Positions 26,350 to 37,233 of a stretch of 64,000 nucleotides of DNA are shown here, in pieces. A program made the translations under genes and the position numbers. Origin of the DNA: Octopus sinensis (lineage: Eukaryota); assembly GCF_006345805.1 (NCBI RefSeq), contig NC_043018.1, positions 29,388,001 through 29,452,000 of the forward strand, given 5' to 3'. The notes under the pieces are model-generated. The model was not told the DNA's origin. It saw only the letters and a list, made by a program, of their open reading frames with translations, and ran no database searches. Position 1 is the first letter of the stretch. Each line of letters opens with the position of its first letter.

Positions 26350-26520
26350 CTTTATTTAAAGCAGCAGAAAATTCAACAAAACCTGTTACTCTGAGTGTCC
26401 GATCAACGAGTAACAGGTTTGTTGAATTTTCTGCTGCTTTAAATAAAGCATATTACTCTACCACTGGTATTTGAGTATCTTTTTTTCCACCTGTTTTACA
26501 TTGATGTGTTTACTCCGGTA
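26350..26520 (+). mobile_element. Internally collapsed copy of the 27060-28135 fold-back element; near-perfect 42-bp hairpin
   Basis: Arms at 26350-26391 and 26408-26448 with a 16-nt loop; tail runs to ccggta; (TA)n on both sides. Confidence 0.85.
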
Positions 26521-26537
26521 TATAATAATATATATAT

Positions 26538-26570
<33 letters not shown>

Positions 26571-26599
26571 GGTTTTATAAATTGTTATATAAATGCAAC

Positions 26600-26880
26600 G
26601 AACTGAACATCATTGCATTGTACCATTGTGCCCAATCTAATGCCAGGACCAGGTGCTGCAATAGGTTAGGGTTCAAAGGCCCACAGCTGTCCAATACTCT
26701 GCCGAAAAAAATTAAGAAACCTACAAAAGGTGGAACGAACTGGACTTTTTCTTATCTACCATACCGATACCAGAGGAATCAATGGCCCGGCATGAGGTAA
26801 AAATGCGCCATACACAAACTTGGCTCAACAACCAAAGGGAAAAGTGTGACCCAAGAAAAAGGAAACGTAAAAGTAAAAAC
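26600..26880 (+). pseudogene. CR1-like LINE ORF2 C-terminal fragment
   Basis: RTRCCNRLGFKGPQLSNTLPKK resembles 58340-58400 (NNFGFAGL.LFNILP). Confidence 0.6.
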
Positions 26881-26956
26881 AGTGGGCTGCGCCGGCATGA
26901 TCGTAGTTACATGACTGAAACGAATAAAATATATAATATACTTTGTGTGCATATAG

Positions 26957-27009
<53 letters not shown>

Positions 27010-27020
27010 ATATATAATAT

Positions 27021-27051
<31 letters not shown>

Positions 27052-27162
27052 TATACATATACCGGAGTAAACACATAAATGTGAAAAACAAGGTGGAAAA
27101 ACGAGTACTCAAATACCAGTGGTAGAGTAATATGCTTTATTTAAAACAGCAGAAAATTCAAC

Positions 27163-27209
27163 AAAACCTGTTACTCTGAGTTTCCCGTTGCCGTTCATCG
27201 GACAGTTTT
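27163..27209 (-). ncRNA. Type I HHR motif (U4C core variant), left-arm copy
   Basis: Reverse complement of 28061-28107. Confidence 0.65.
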
Positions 27210-28060
27210 TGCTAGAATGGAACCGATATGTCAATTCTATCCAGTCTAGTATACACGCTACACCTTTACAAATGGACTTGTTTGATTGGACCTTTACAAA
27301 TAACGGTCAATTTTCAAGCGATAAACACATACGATTGTATGTGTATGTATCCACTTGAACTTGTGTGTTTGCGTACTTGTCTCTATATATATATGTGTCA
27401 GTATATGTGATTACACAGTTTGTATACATAATTTTTCTTCTTTCGCCCCCCCCCCCTTTTTCTTCTTTTTTCTCTCTCTCCCCTTTTTTCTCTCTCTTCC
27501 TTTTTTCGTGTTTTCTCTCTCTCACTTTCGTTACTCTTACTTACCCATGTCTTCAACTTTATATCGTAATGAGAACGCCCCTTCCTCATCCATGATTTTA
27601 GCTTATAGTCTTTATAGATACAGTGGTTTTGCGTGCGAACTAGATTGCGTATGCATATATGTACATGCATTTGTGTGTATATTTTAGCTTTATATTTATA
27701 CGTCTGTATATGTATGTGGTCTGCACGAATCTATCTGTGTATGTTGATGTATATATGTATAGTTTAATATGAATATGTACTGCCGTGTAATATTTTAATG
27801 CACTTTAACATTTTAATTTCAATTTCCATGTATTAATTATATTTTCTTTATTAATGACAATATGTATTTTATTCAACGTAAGGTTTTTCCTCGAATTTTA
27901 TAATTTATATATATATGTATATATATATTTTGAGCTCATTTTTGTTAATCGCTTGAAAATTGACCGTTATTTGTAAAGGACCAATCAAACAAGTTCATTT
28001 TTAAAGGTGTAGCGTTTATACTAGTCTGGATAGAATTGACATATCGGTTCCTTTCTAGCA

Positions 28061-28107
28061 AAAACTGTCCGATGAACGGCAACGGGAAACTCAGAGTAAC
28101 AGGTTTT
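28061..28107 (+). ncRNA. Type I HHR motif (U4C core variant), right-arm copy
   Basis: aaaaCUGU-CCGAUGA-ACG(GCAA)CGG-GAAA-CUCAGAG-UA-ACAGguuuu. Confidence 0.65.
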
Positions 28108-28193
28108 GTTGAATTTTCTGCTGCTTTAAATAAAGTATATATATATATATGTATATATATATATTATTAATATTATATATTATATATATCTAT

Positions 28194-28224
<31 letters not shown>

Positions 28225-28450
28225 TATAATAAAATTTTAGGGAATAAATCCAAACTTACAGAGAAAAATCAGATTTAGGATTAAATCCAATTTTATAGTA
28301 TAAATATATTATATTATATTAAATTAGATGTAAAACCACTATTAATCAAATCAAACAATGAAAAACATAAGCCAATTCATAAAATTAATTAATTTATATT
28401 ATTCAAATATGTATCAAAAGTATTAAAAGTTTAATAAAAGATAAAGAGTA

Positions 28451-28523
28451 AAACACTACGATCGTTTCATGGCTGTACAATTCGTAATAATTCGAGTTAT
28501 GGTTACAGTCAATCTTCAGGTTA
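28451..28523 (-). ncRNA. Type I HHR with long stem II in a Penelope-like pLTR relic
   Basis: Minus strand: aac-CUGAAGA-uUGACUGUA...UACAGCCAu-GAAA-CGAUCG-UA-gug. Core intact, stem I weak. Confidence 0.6.
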
Positions 28524-29244
28524 ATTGAAATATCTAAAATATAATCAGAAATATTTAAACAATATTTTTTAAGATATAAATAATATAATAATTTTACTTA
28601 TAATAAACTCTATTATCAAACTAGAAACATAAAACTTAACAATTATGATTATATATATATATATCGTTTATGGAAAACATAAATCAGAAGAAGCACATTC
28701 AAATATGTAGAGCAGTAAATATTCAAAATATGTAAATATGGGGAAGACCGTCATGGAAAATATATTTTGCACAACGGCCACACTTATGAGTTGAGGACGT
28801 TTACGTAATGTAAATGGTAACAACGAAATCTAGGTAGGTGGATTATCATCAAATTTTGTATTTTTTTCATTTGTCTTGTGTTTTCTTGATCTTGAAGTAT
28901 TATTTTAGACTGATAAAGATCATGTTCAGTGAAAACCAACTAAACAGACATAAATAGACGGCTTACAAAAAGATTAACAAATTTTTCTACTATAGATACA
29001 GCCACAGAATATGTAAACATATGTGTTTATCTATTTTTCTTTATATTTCTGTTTCTTAGTGCCAGAAAGAAATAAGTAACGCTTGTCTCAACAACTATAT
29101 ATTTGTATTTCAATCTTCACTTCGTACAATTTTCGTGACTGAGAGCGGAATATTGTTTTAGGAGAATTTGGCTGTTATTTCTCAAAATACATATTCTACA
29201 ATCTGCTCTGTCAGAAGATGAATACTTGTAATAAAAATTGTCTC

Positions 29245-29620
29245 AAATTTTGGCATAAGGCCAGCAATTTTGGAGGAGGGAGATAGTGTATTACATCGAC
29301 CCCATTACTCGATTGGTACTTGTTTCAGCGACCCAGAAAGGATGAAAGGTAACGTCGACATCGGCAGAATTTGAACTCAGAAATGTCGCTAATCTATTTG
29401 TCCGGCGTGCTACAGATTCTCTCGGATTGCTGCTGAAATAATCTTTTCTACTAAAGGCACAAGGCCTGAAATTTTGAAAGAGGAGACTAACCGATTATAT
29501 CACGCCAGTATTGAAATGGTATTTAATTTATCGATCACGATTGTTCAATAAATCGACCACAGCGGAATTCAAACTTAGAACGTAGCGAATAGCAAAGTAC
29601 CGCTAAGCATTACCGGTAGG
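29245..29620 (-). mobile_element. Two diverged SINE family B copies
   Basis: ggca.aaggcc...cgaccc...gatgaaagg...aatttgaactcag motifs occur twice. Confidence 0.7.
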
Positions 29621-29634
29621 CATTACCCCTTAGT

Positions 29635-30068
29635 AATACGACAGATTTACTTGTCAGTTGCTTGACCGTAACCTGTTGAGCATGCCCTTTAATGGCAGAC
29701 AATATGTGCATCTCTGATCACAGCAGAAGTAGTCGGAGAGCATCATATCCGTGTGTTGAGAGGAAGTCTTTGATGTTTGAATAATTCACCTTTGGAAATA
29801 TGGCTGTTTTGTTAAACTCTTTTTAAACAAATGTTATTCAGAGACCTTTTGAGCGGGATGGGATACTTGACCTGAAGAAAATTCAAACTGGGCCCCGCCT
29901 GCAAAGTTATGCGCTGTTTATGTTGATTATATCACCATGTCGCACACATATGGTTATGATGCAAGTGCCTAGTATATACTTATCAGACGGGTAGTCATGA
30001 TGGGTATATTGGGCTTCGTATATTTTACCTCGGTGTCACTTTGATGGCATGCACTGCTCTCTCACTCA
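29635..30068 (+). mobile_element. Copy of the (TAA)n-tailed non-coding repeat at 33195-33749
   Basis: Collinear similarity; ends ctgctctctcactc(aat)n. Confidence 0.85.
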
Positions 30069-30084
30069 ATAATAATAATAATTG

Positions 30085-31958
30085 AATCTATTATCGAAAG
30101 GCTTTTGATAGCATTACCCATTCGTGGATCCCAGAAATACAAGCGATGAACAAGGTAGGACCAATATATAAAACATTCCATGAATAAATGGCAGACACTG
30201 CTACAGCTCCACGCAAAAGAGGCACTTATAAAAAACCAAAGCTATCCTCATTAGAAGAGGAATATACCAGGGATACATGCTCTTTCCATTCCATTGCTGC
30301 TTGGCACTGACAACATTTGATATCCTAAACAGATTTGGATGTATATACAACTCTTACAACAAAAGAATCACCCATCTCTTATATATTGATTATCGAAAAC
30401 TGTACGCTACAAATAATAAACAGCTGGAAACATTACTACAGACAGTACATGGATTTACCAAAAGAATAAACATGAAATTTGGCTTAGAAAAATGTGCCAA
30501 AGCAACCTTGGAAAGAGGAAAACTATTTAAGAGTAACAACATCACGCTACATAAAGCAAATGAGAAAAGAGAATTAGACCAAAGCCAGACGTACAAATCT
30601 TAGCAATCGATGAACTAGATACGATACAACGCACACAAATAAAAGAGAAAGTAGAAAGGAATACTGTAGACGAGTTGGATTAACACTGAAAACAGAGCTC
30701 AATGCAAAAGCAAGATGATAGGTATCAACACTCTAGCCGTCCCAGTTGTAAGTTACAACTACAACATTCTTAACTGGACTCTAAATGAACTAATGAAAAC
30801 AGATAGGAAAACAAGAAAAATGCCAGGAATCAGGATACACTACCGAAAATCTGTCACAGAAAGGCTATACATACAACGTCTCGAAGGTGATAGGGGCCTT
30901 ATATAGCTCTACATAGGTCTACAGAAATTCCTACTTCATAAGCAAGGAAATCTGATACAAATTACCACAAAACACGAACAAAACAAAAAAAAAATGTTTT
31001 CACTTTTTAAGGAAGCTGAAAAATACTAAAAAGAAATCATAGTACCTAACAACTATGAAGAAACAACAAAAGCTATAAAACAACTTAAATCCAAACTAAA
31101 CCTGGAACAGCGATGGATTATGGTAAAACATGGCAATTATTGGATTAAACTAAACAGAAAAGAAATAGACAAAGCAAAATCCCAACAATGGCTGTGAAGC
31201 TCAGGACTCAACGTAGAGCCTGAAGGATTTCTAACGGCAGCATGAGATCAAAGCCTTCCCAGCAGAAATCACTACAATCATGTAATGAAAAGAAATACAA
31301 GTAACTGCAGAATATGTGGAGATGGGGAAGAATCAATAAATAATCTTGCTTGTGGCTGCCCAGTCCTGAATAAGAAAGAATATATTCAAAGACACGACTG
31401 AGTTCGAACCTATATACACTGGATGCTATGCCACACTATTGAATAACAACAGAAAAAAGATGGTATAGGCACACACCTGAAAAGGTCACAAAAAATGAGA
31501 AAGCAACTATACTCTTCGGATATGCCAGTACACACAGATAAAGAAATTAAGGCCAATAGACCGGATATAGTTGTCAGATATATCTCGAACAGATGCATCA
31601 GTGTCAACGGATGATGACGTTTCTCTAAAAGAAACGGAAAAAACTTTCAAAATACAAAGATATTTTAAAAGAGGTAACTCGAATATGGGGGTCTAAAAGC
31701 AGAAGCAATTCCTATCATAACAGGCGCGTTATGTATGATAAAGTATATTCAGACAAATACATAACAAAAGCACCAGGACTTACAAGCATACATCACATAC
31801 AGAAAATAATACAACGAGGCACTGTACACACCCTACATACAACACTTTCAAGGCAGTAAAAATAAGAGCATCAAACAACACCATTGCACATACCCAAGGC
31901 ACAGAAATCTATACTCGGTATTGCAGTGAAAGCACGTGATAAAAATACTACTACTGAA
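30085..31958 (+). pseudogene. R4/Dong-clade retrotransposon, about 1.9-kb 3' portion (RT, CCHC knuckle, RLE endonuclease), decayed
   Basis: GIYQG, ITHLLYID..KLYA, MKFGLEKCAK, INTLAVPVVSY, RLYIQR.EG.RGL, CRICG...E.INN..CGC, RHD, KANRPDIVVR. Same 3' UTR as family 1. Many stops and frameshifts. Confidence 0.93.
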
Positions 31959-31977
31959 TAATTATGATAATATCAGT

Positions 31978-32313
31978 AACAAGAGCAAGCAAAGAGCGAA
32001 AACCTCCACCAAGGCAACATCAAAATTCCTTTCAACGATTAGCCAGACATGAGTTTTAAAATCGGAATATCTGAAATAAACTCGACAAACGAGAATACCA
32101 ACAATAAATCCCACCGCTTTCAAAAATTAAGTAACGAAAAAGAAAAGATAATTTAGAACCCTTGTCCGGTGCTCGATCGATCCCAAAATCTAATCAATTC
32201 GTGCTAGTCGCGAGGCCAAACATCCCTGAAAGTTTCATGCGAATCCATCGAGCGGTTATTGAAATATCTTGTCAACAAACAAAGACCTCCGACTTCACTA
32301 AGGCGAAAGTAAT
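31978..32313. mobile_element. DINE-1/Helentron-like non-autonomous element, copy 1
   Basis: Subterminal acctcc.c.aagg near one end and a stem-loop acctccgactt...aaggcgaaagt at the other; internal aaagtttcat.c.aatccatc. Paralog at 32784-33114. Confidence 0.7.
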
Positions 32314-32319
32314 AATAGA

Positions 32320-32775
32320 TCTTTCGAGCATAAGCACAAGGCCTGGATTTTTCTGGAGAGGGAGACAATCCAGCACATTGACCTCAGTACGTGACTGGTA
32401 TTTAATTTATCGACCCGCTGGAATAAAGGGCGTAGTTGACCTCGGCAGAATTTGAACTCAGAACGTAGCGTCAGACGAAATATCACTAAGCATTTCGCCC
32501 AGCATCCTCACGATTCTACCAGCTCAGCGCCGAAAATGATTATAATAGTAATAATACTAATCCTTTCTACTGACAGCACATGGCCTGAAATACAAGGGTT
32601 ACGGGGGAGAGTCGATAACATCGATCCCAGTGTTTCACTGGTACTTAATTTATCAACCTCAGAATGATTAAAGACAAAGTCATCATTGGCAGGATTCGAA
32701 ATCAGAACGTAGCGACAGACGAAATACTGCTAAACATTTCGTCCAGCCTGCTAACGATTCAACCAGATCAACGCT
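32320..32775 (-). mobile_element. Two tandem SINE family B copies
   Basis: Reverse complement of the family B consensus, twice. Confidence 0.8.
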
Positions 32776-32783
32776 TTCAATAA

Positions 32784-33114
32784 TAACGGGCATTCGGAGG
32801 GCGCATACCTCCACTAAGGCAACACCAACGTCCTCTCAACGATTAGCCGGAGATGATTTTTAAAATGAGAATACAAGCGAGAATACTAAAAACGAACCCA
32901 TACGCTCTCAAAAATTAAGTAAAAAAAATAGGAAAATCATCCAGAATACTTGCTCGGTACTGGATCGATTCCAAAATCTAATCAGCTCGTGCCTGTCACG
33001 AGGCCAAACTTTCCTGAAAGTTTTATCCGAATTCATCCGGCCGTTCTTGAGATATCAACCAAGCAAACAAGCACGACTGAAAACTATACCTCCGTCTTAG
33101 CGAAGGTGGAGGTA
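32784..33114. mobile_element. DINE-1/Helentron-like non-autonomous element, copy 2
   Basis: Terminal hairpin tacctccgtctt-agcg-aaggtggaggta and subterminal tacctccactaagg. Confidence 0.7.
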
Positions 33115-33146
33115 ATAATAATAATAATAATGATAATAATAATAAC

Positions 33147-33181
<35 letters not shown>

Positions 33182-33194
33182 TAATAATAAATAA

Positions 33195-33749
33195 AATGCC
33201 CTGATGCAGTACCAGGCAGTGGCTCCATGGCTTATGATCTTAACTGATTGGAAGTGTTATCATGTACATTGTTTCTGTCTTGGTATAAAGATGGGCTACA
33301 GCAATATTCTGCTCAATACCACAGATTTGCTTGTCAGTTGTTTGACTTTAACCAGTTGAGCATGTCCCTTAGTGGCTGACGATATGTGCATCTCTGATCA
33401 CGAGCAGAAGTATGGGGAGCATCATAGCCATGTGTTGAGAGGGATTCTTGGGGTTTGAATAATTCACCTCTGGAGGTTGGGGGTGGTTTTTCAACATCCT
33501 TAAACACAACCCTTATTCAGGGACGTTTGAGCGGGATGGGCTACTCAACCTGAAGGAAATTCTAACTGGGCCCCACCTGCAAGGTCATGTGCAGTTATCA
33601 TTTGATATGAGATCACCATGTCGCGCACATATGGTTGTGATGCATGTGCCTGGTGTGCCCTTATCAGACGGGTAGTCATGATGGGTATACTGGGCTTCGT
33701 ATATTTTACCCCAGTGTCACTTTGACGGCATGAACTGCTCTTTCACTCA
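33195..33749 (+). mobile_element. 555-bp non-coding retroposon-like repeat embedded in (TAA)n
   Basis: (TAA)n on both sides. Paralogs at 29635-30068 and about 8200-8360. No ORF and no pol III boxes seen. Confidence 0.8.
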
Positions 33750-34929
33750 ATAATAATAATAATAATATGAATAATATAATAGATATGTGGATGTCCGCTT
33801 TGTAGTTCATAAATGCATCGCCGGTGTACAAGGAGACAATTCGCACATATGTGTGCGTATGTGTGTGTGTATATATATATGTGCGTGTGTGTGTGTGTTA
33901 TATTATACTGTATTATGTTATATATACAGAGAGAGAGAGAAAGATAGAAATGGTATGAATTCGGAAAACGAATAGAGTTAGAAACAAGATTTAATGAAGA
34001 AGTAAATATTCGCAACATCTATGTTAGATATGTTAAATTTAGCAGAAATTTTCTTATACATTAATGAAGAGAAGAACTATTTTCGCTCGAGAATGTCTTG
34101 AAATGAGCCACAGAACACAAGGCATCCACAGTGAAATATAAGCTAATGGATGAACGAAAACGAAAGAATATTAAGCTATTTCTAACATGCATGGAAATTG
34201 ATCTCCGGTGTGATAAATGTTTCGGAAACTTAGTATTGACATCTTTGAACAAATTAGTTACTGTGTAATTTCCAAAAAGACATATTTCTCCCCACCCTCT
34301 CTCTCGCACCTACTTCTCTCTCTCCTCTCCTCTCTCCTCTCTTCTCTCTCTCCCCCTTCTCTTCTCTCTCTCACTCTCCGTCTCCCTCCTTTCTCTTTCT
34401 CTCTCTCTCTCCTTCTCTCTGTGGTTTGAAATTTCCCAACGACGTCATTGAATTAAATAGTTACTCAGGGAATATTAAATAAATTCGTTGCATCCGCGCG
34501 CACACATACACTCACATAGGCAATTACATACATTTCTCAATTATATATACATATGTGTGTGTTTGTGTATGGTAACATGTATGTATGGTTATACGTGTGA
34601 GTGTATATATATATGTATACATACATATTGTTATAGTTTTACGACCTTCCGTATGTATTCACATTAATCTACCTCTTTCTCTAACTCTTTCTTAAACACT
34701 TTCTCTCCCCCCTTCTCTTCTTGTATGTATATATATATATATATATATAATATATATATATATATACAGATAGATAGATAGATATATAGATATACATATA
34801 CATATAGATAGATAGATATAGACAGATAGATATAGATAGATATAAATAATATAATAGATAGAAGATAGGATAGATAGAATATATATATATAATTATATAT
34901 ATATATATATATAAGAGAGAGAGAGAGAG

Positions 34930-34996
<67 letters not shown>

Positions 34997-35504
34997 GATT
35001 GATATAGGTAGATAGATAGATACATATATACATGCATGCATACATACATACATACATACTTACATACATACATACACACATATATGAATATCGAGAAAAC
35101 ATGTACATAGAGGTATGCAGATTTCTATGCACATGTATATACACATTGCATATATGTATATATCTATATGAACATGTATAGATATAATATATGTGTTTGC
35201 GTGCGTGCGTATGTGTGTTTATATAAGTATATATATGTGCACACGTACACCACATTTGCTCATTTGCAATCAATACTTTGACATACATTAAACATACTTG
35301 AAACGCAGTATATTAAATTTGTCTCTGTTTTCAACCAATGAAATTACAGAGAATCGTATAAGTGGTCATGGAAAGTAGTCACATGTTTAATACACCTTTT
35401 GCAGGTTGAGTGGCAATTGCTGCAGAATAAACTCCAACCAAATTTTCAACAAACTTGAACAAACATTAAGTAGAAATATCGTTCATTTCTCATATATATA
35501 TATG

Positions 35505-35552
<48 letters not shown>

Positions 35553-35707
35553 ATATATATATATTTTTACATATATATTTATATATGTATATATATACAC
35601 ACATATATATATGTATATATATATATCCACATATATATATATATATATATATGTATATAGATATAGATATACATACATATAATATATATATACATACATA
35701 TATATAG

Positions 35708-35739
<32 letters not shown>

Positions 35740-36068
35740 GCGTATATATATATGCATATATATACATACATATATATATACATATATATGCATATATATA
35801 TATTCACATATATATATATGCATATATATATATATATACATATATATATATGTACACACACACACATATATATATGATTTACGCATACATAAGCAAGTTT
35901 ATATGTATATGCCGGTATATATATGTTTAGTGTATTTAATTCGCATATTGACTTCATTCTATCAACGAATTTTGGAGACGAATATTAAATGGAAGTTCTG
36001 CAATTAGCGTAGTGTGAAAAGAATAGATACACAATATATAGGCATTTACCTAAATACATATATAATCG

Positions 36069-36502
36069 AGTGTTTGTATAAAGTCAACATTACGCTCCAC
36101 CACCGCTCATGTTTCTTTGAGATATTCAGAAATTCAATATTTCTAATTACGGTGACCAGTGAATCGATTTCACTGTAAATAGATATATTTTTCGAAGGCT
36201 TGGCAAGCATCACCGCTAGCGGGGACACGCAACCCTGGACTGATGACAGGCAAGACCCAGAAATATGCATGTCTTCAGGTTGCTAGTCCTAGCTGGTGGG
36301 GGTGCTTGCCTCCCCTTTGCAAATATAAGGACACAGGAAATGTGTCAAAGCCGACAGGAAGCGTCGATGCTTCCTAGGGCTAAATAGCGGTGGTGTAATT
36401 CCCTTTACGGGACTGTCACGTTATGTTGACTTCATACAACCACTCTATCGCTCCACCACCGCTCTTGACTCGTTGAGACATTTAGAAATTCAATAATTCT
36501 AA
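36069..36502 (+). mobile_element. Candidate non-LTR retrozyme insertion (356-bp unit plus 54-bp redundancy plus 5' inversion)
   Basis: Direct repeats at 36093-36146 and 36449-36502 (47/54 identical). TSD (a)catatataatcg at 36056-36068 and 36502-36514. 36069-36092 is an inverted copy of 36421-36444. HHR inside. Confidence 0.8.
36229..36283 (+). ncRNA. Type I hammerhead ribozyme; predicted cleavage after GUC at 36273
   Basis: GCAACCCUGGA-CUGAUGA-caGG(caaga)CCca-GAAA-UAUGCAUG-UC-UUCAGGUUGC. 10-bp stem I with one bulge, extendable to 36202-36310. Confidence 0.82.
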
Positions 36503-36851
36503 CATATATAATCGTATATTCATATAATCGTAGACACACACATACAGACACACAGTCATTTAACTATGGCCATGGTGGATCACCTGCTGTAGTCAAAGAA
36601 ATCGACCACACAGACTCGTTCTTGGTAAGACTGTTACTTATTCAATCGGACGTTTTTGCCGAACCGCTATGTTTCGACGATGCAAGCGCGGCTGTATGTT
36701 AAGAAGCCTGCTTCCCTACCACATGGTTTTAGGTTCAGTGTTACTGCGTTGCACCTTAGGCAAGTGTCTCTTGCTATAGCCTCACGGTGATCAGAAACTT
36801 TTCAGTGAAGTTGGTAGATGGAAGCTTAAAGCAGACCCTCATTTATATACG

Positions 36852-36887
<36 letters not shown>

Positions 36888-36888
<1 letters not shown>

Positions 36889-37180
36889 ATCACGCGACCG
36901 ACCAGGTTATCAGATGTTGTTACACATCGCTGGTCACAATGCGCTTCGCATTGTTTTAGTCTTCAAATGACGCCACTCCGCTGGCTAAGCGAACAGGCAA
37001 ACAGAAGAAAGAGTGAGAGAAAGTTGTGGCGAAATAGTACAGCAGGGATCGCCACCACCCCCTGCCAGAGTCTCGTAGAGCTTTAGGTGTTTTCGCTCAA
37101 TAAACACACACAACGCCCGGTCTGGGAATCGAAACCGCGAGTCCGCTGCCCTAACCACTGGGCCATTGCGCCTCCACATG
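36888..37180 (-). mobile_element. tRNA-derived SINE family C
   Basis: Minus head ggaggcgcaatggcccagtggttagggcagcggact...ggtttcgattccc. A 3' fragment paralog lies at about 37595-37700. Confidence 0.85.

Positions 37181-37233
<53 letters not shown>

Larger units (their letters stand above)
27060..28135 (-). mobile_element. Non-autonomous Penelope-like fold-back element with 193-bp asymmetric inverted arms
   Basis: 27135-27327 is the reverse complement of 27943-28135 with few mismatches. One arm is extended by 75 bp (27060-27134). (TA)n flanks; an HHR in each arm. Confidence 0.85.

Noticed and set aside
37120-37180. tRNA genes at SINE heads (also 15240-15310 and 50602-50670)
   Set aside because: A and B boxes are present, but there is no complete cloverleaf and they run into SINE bodies.
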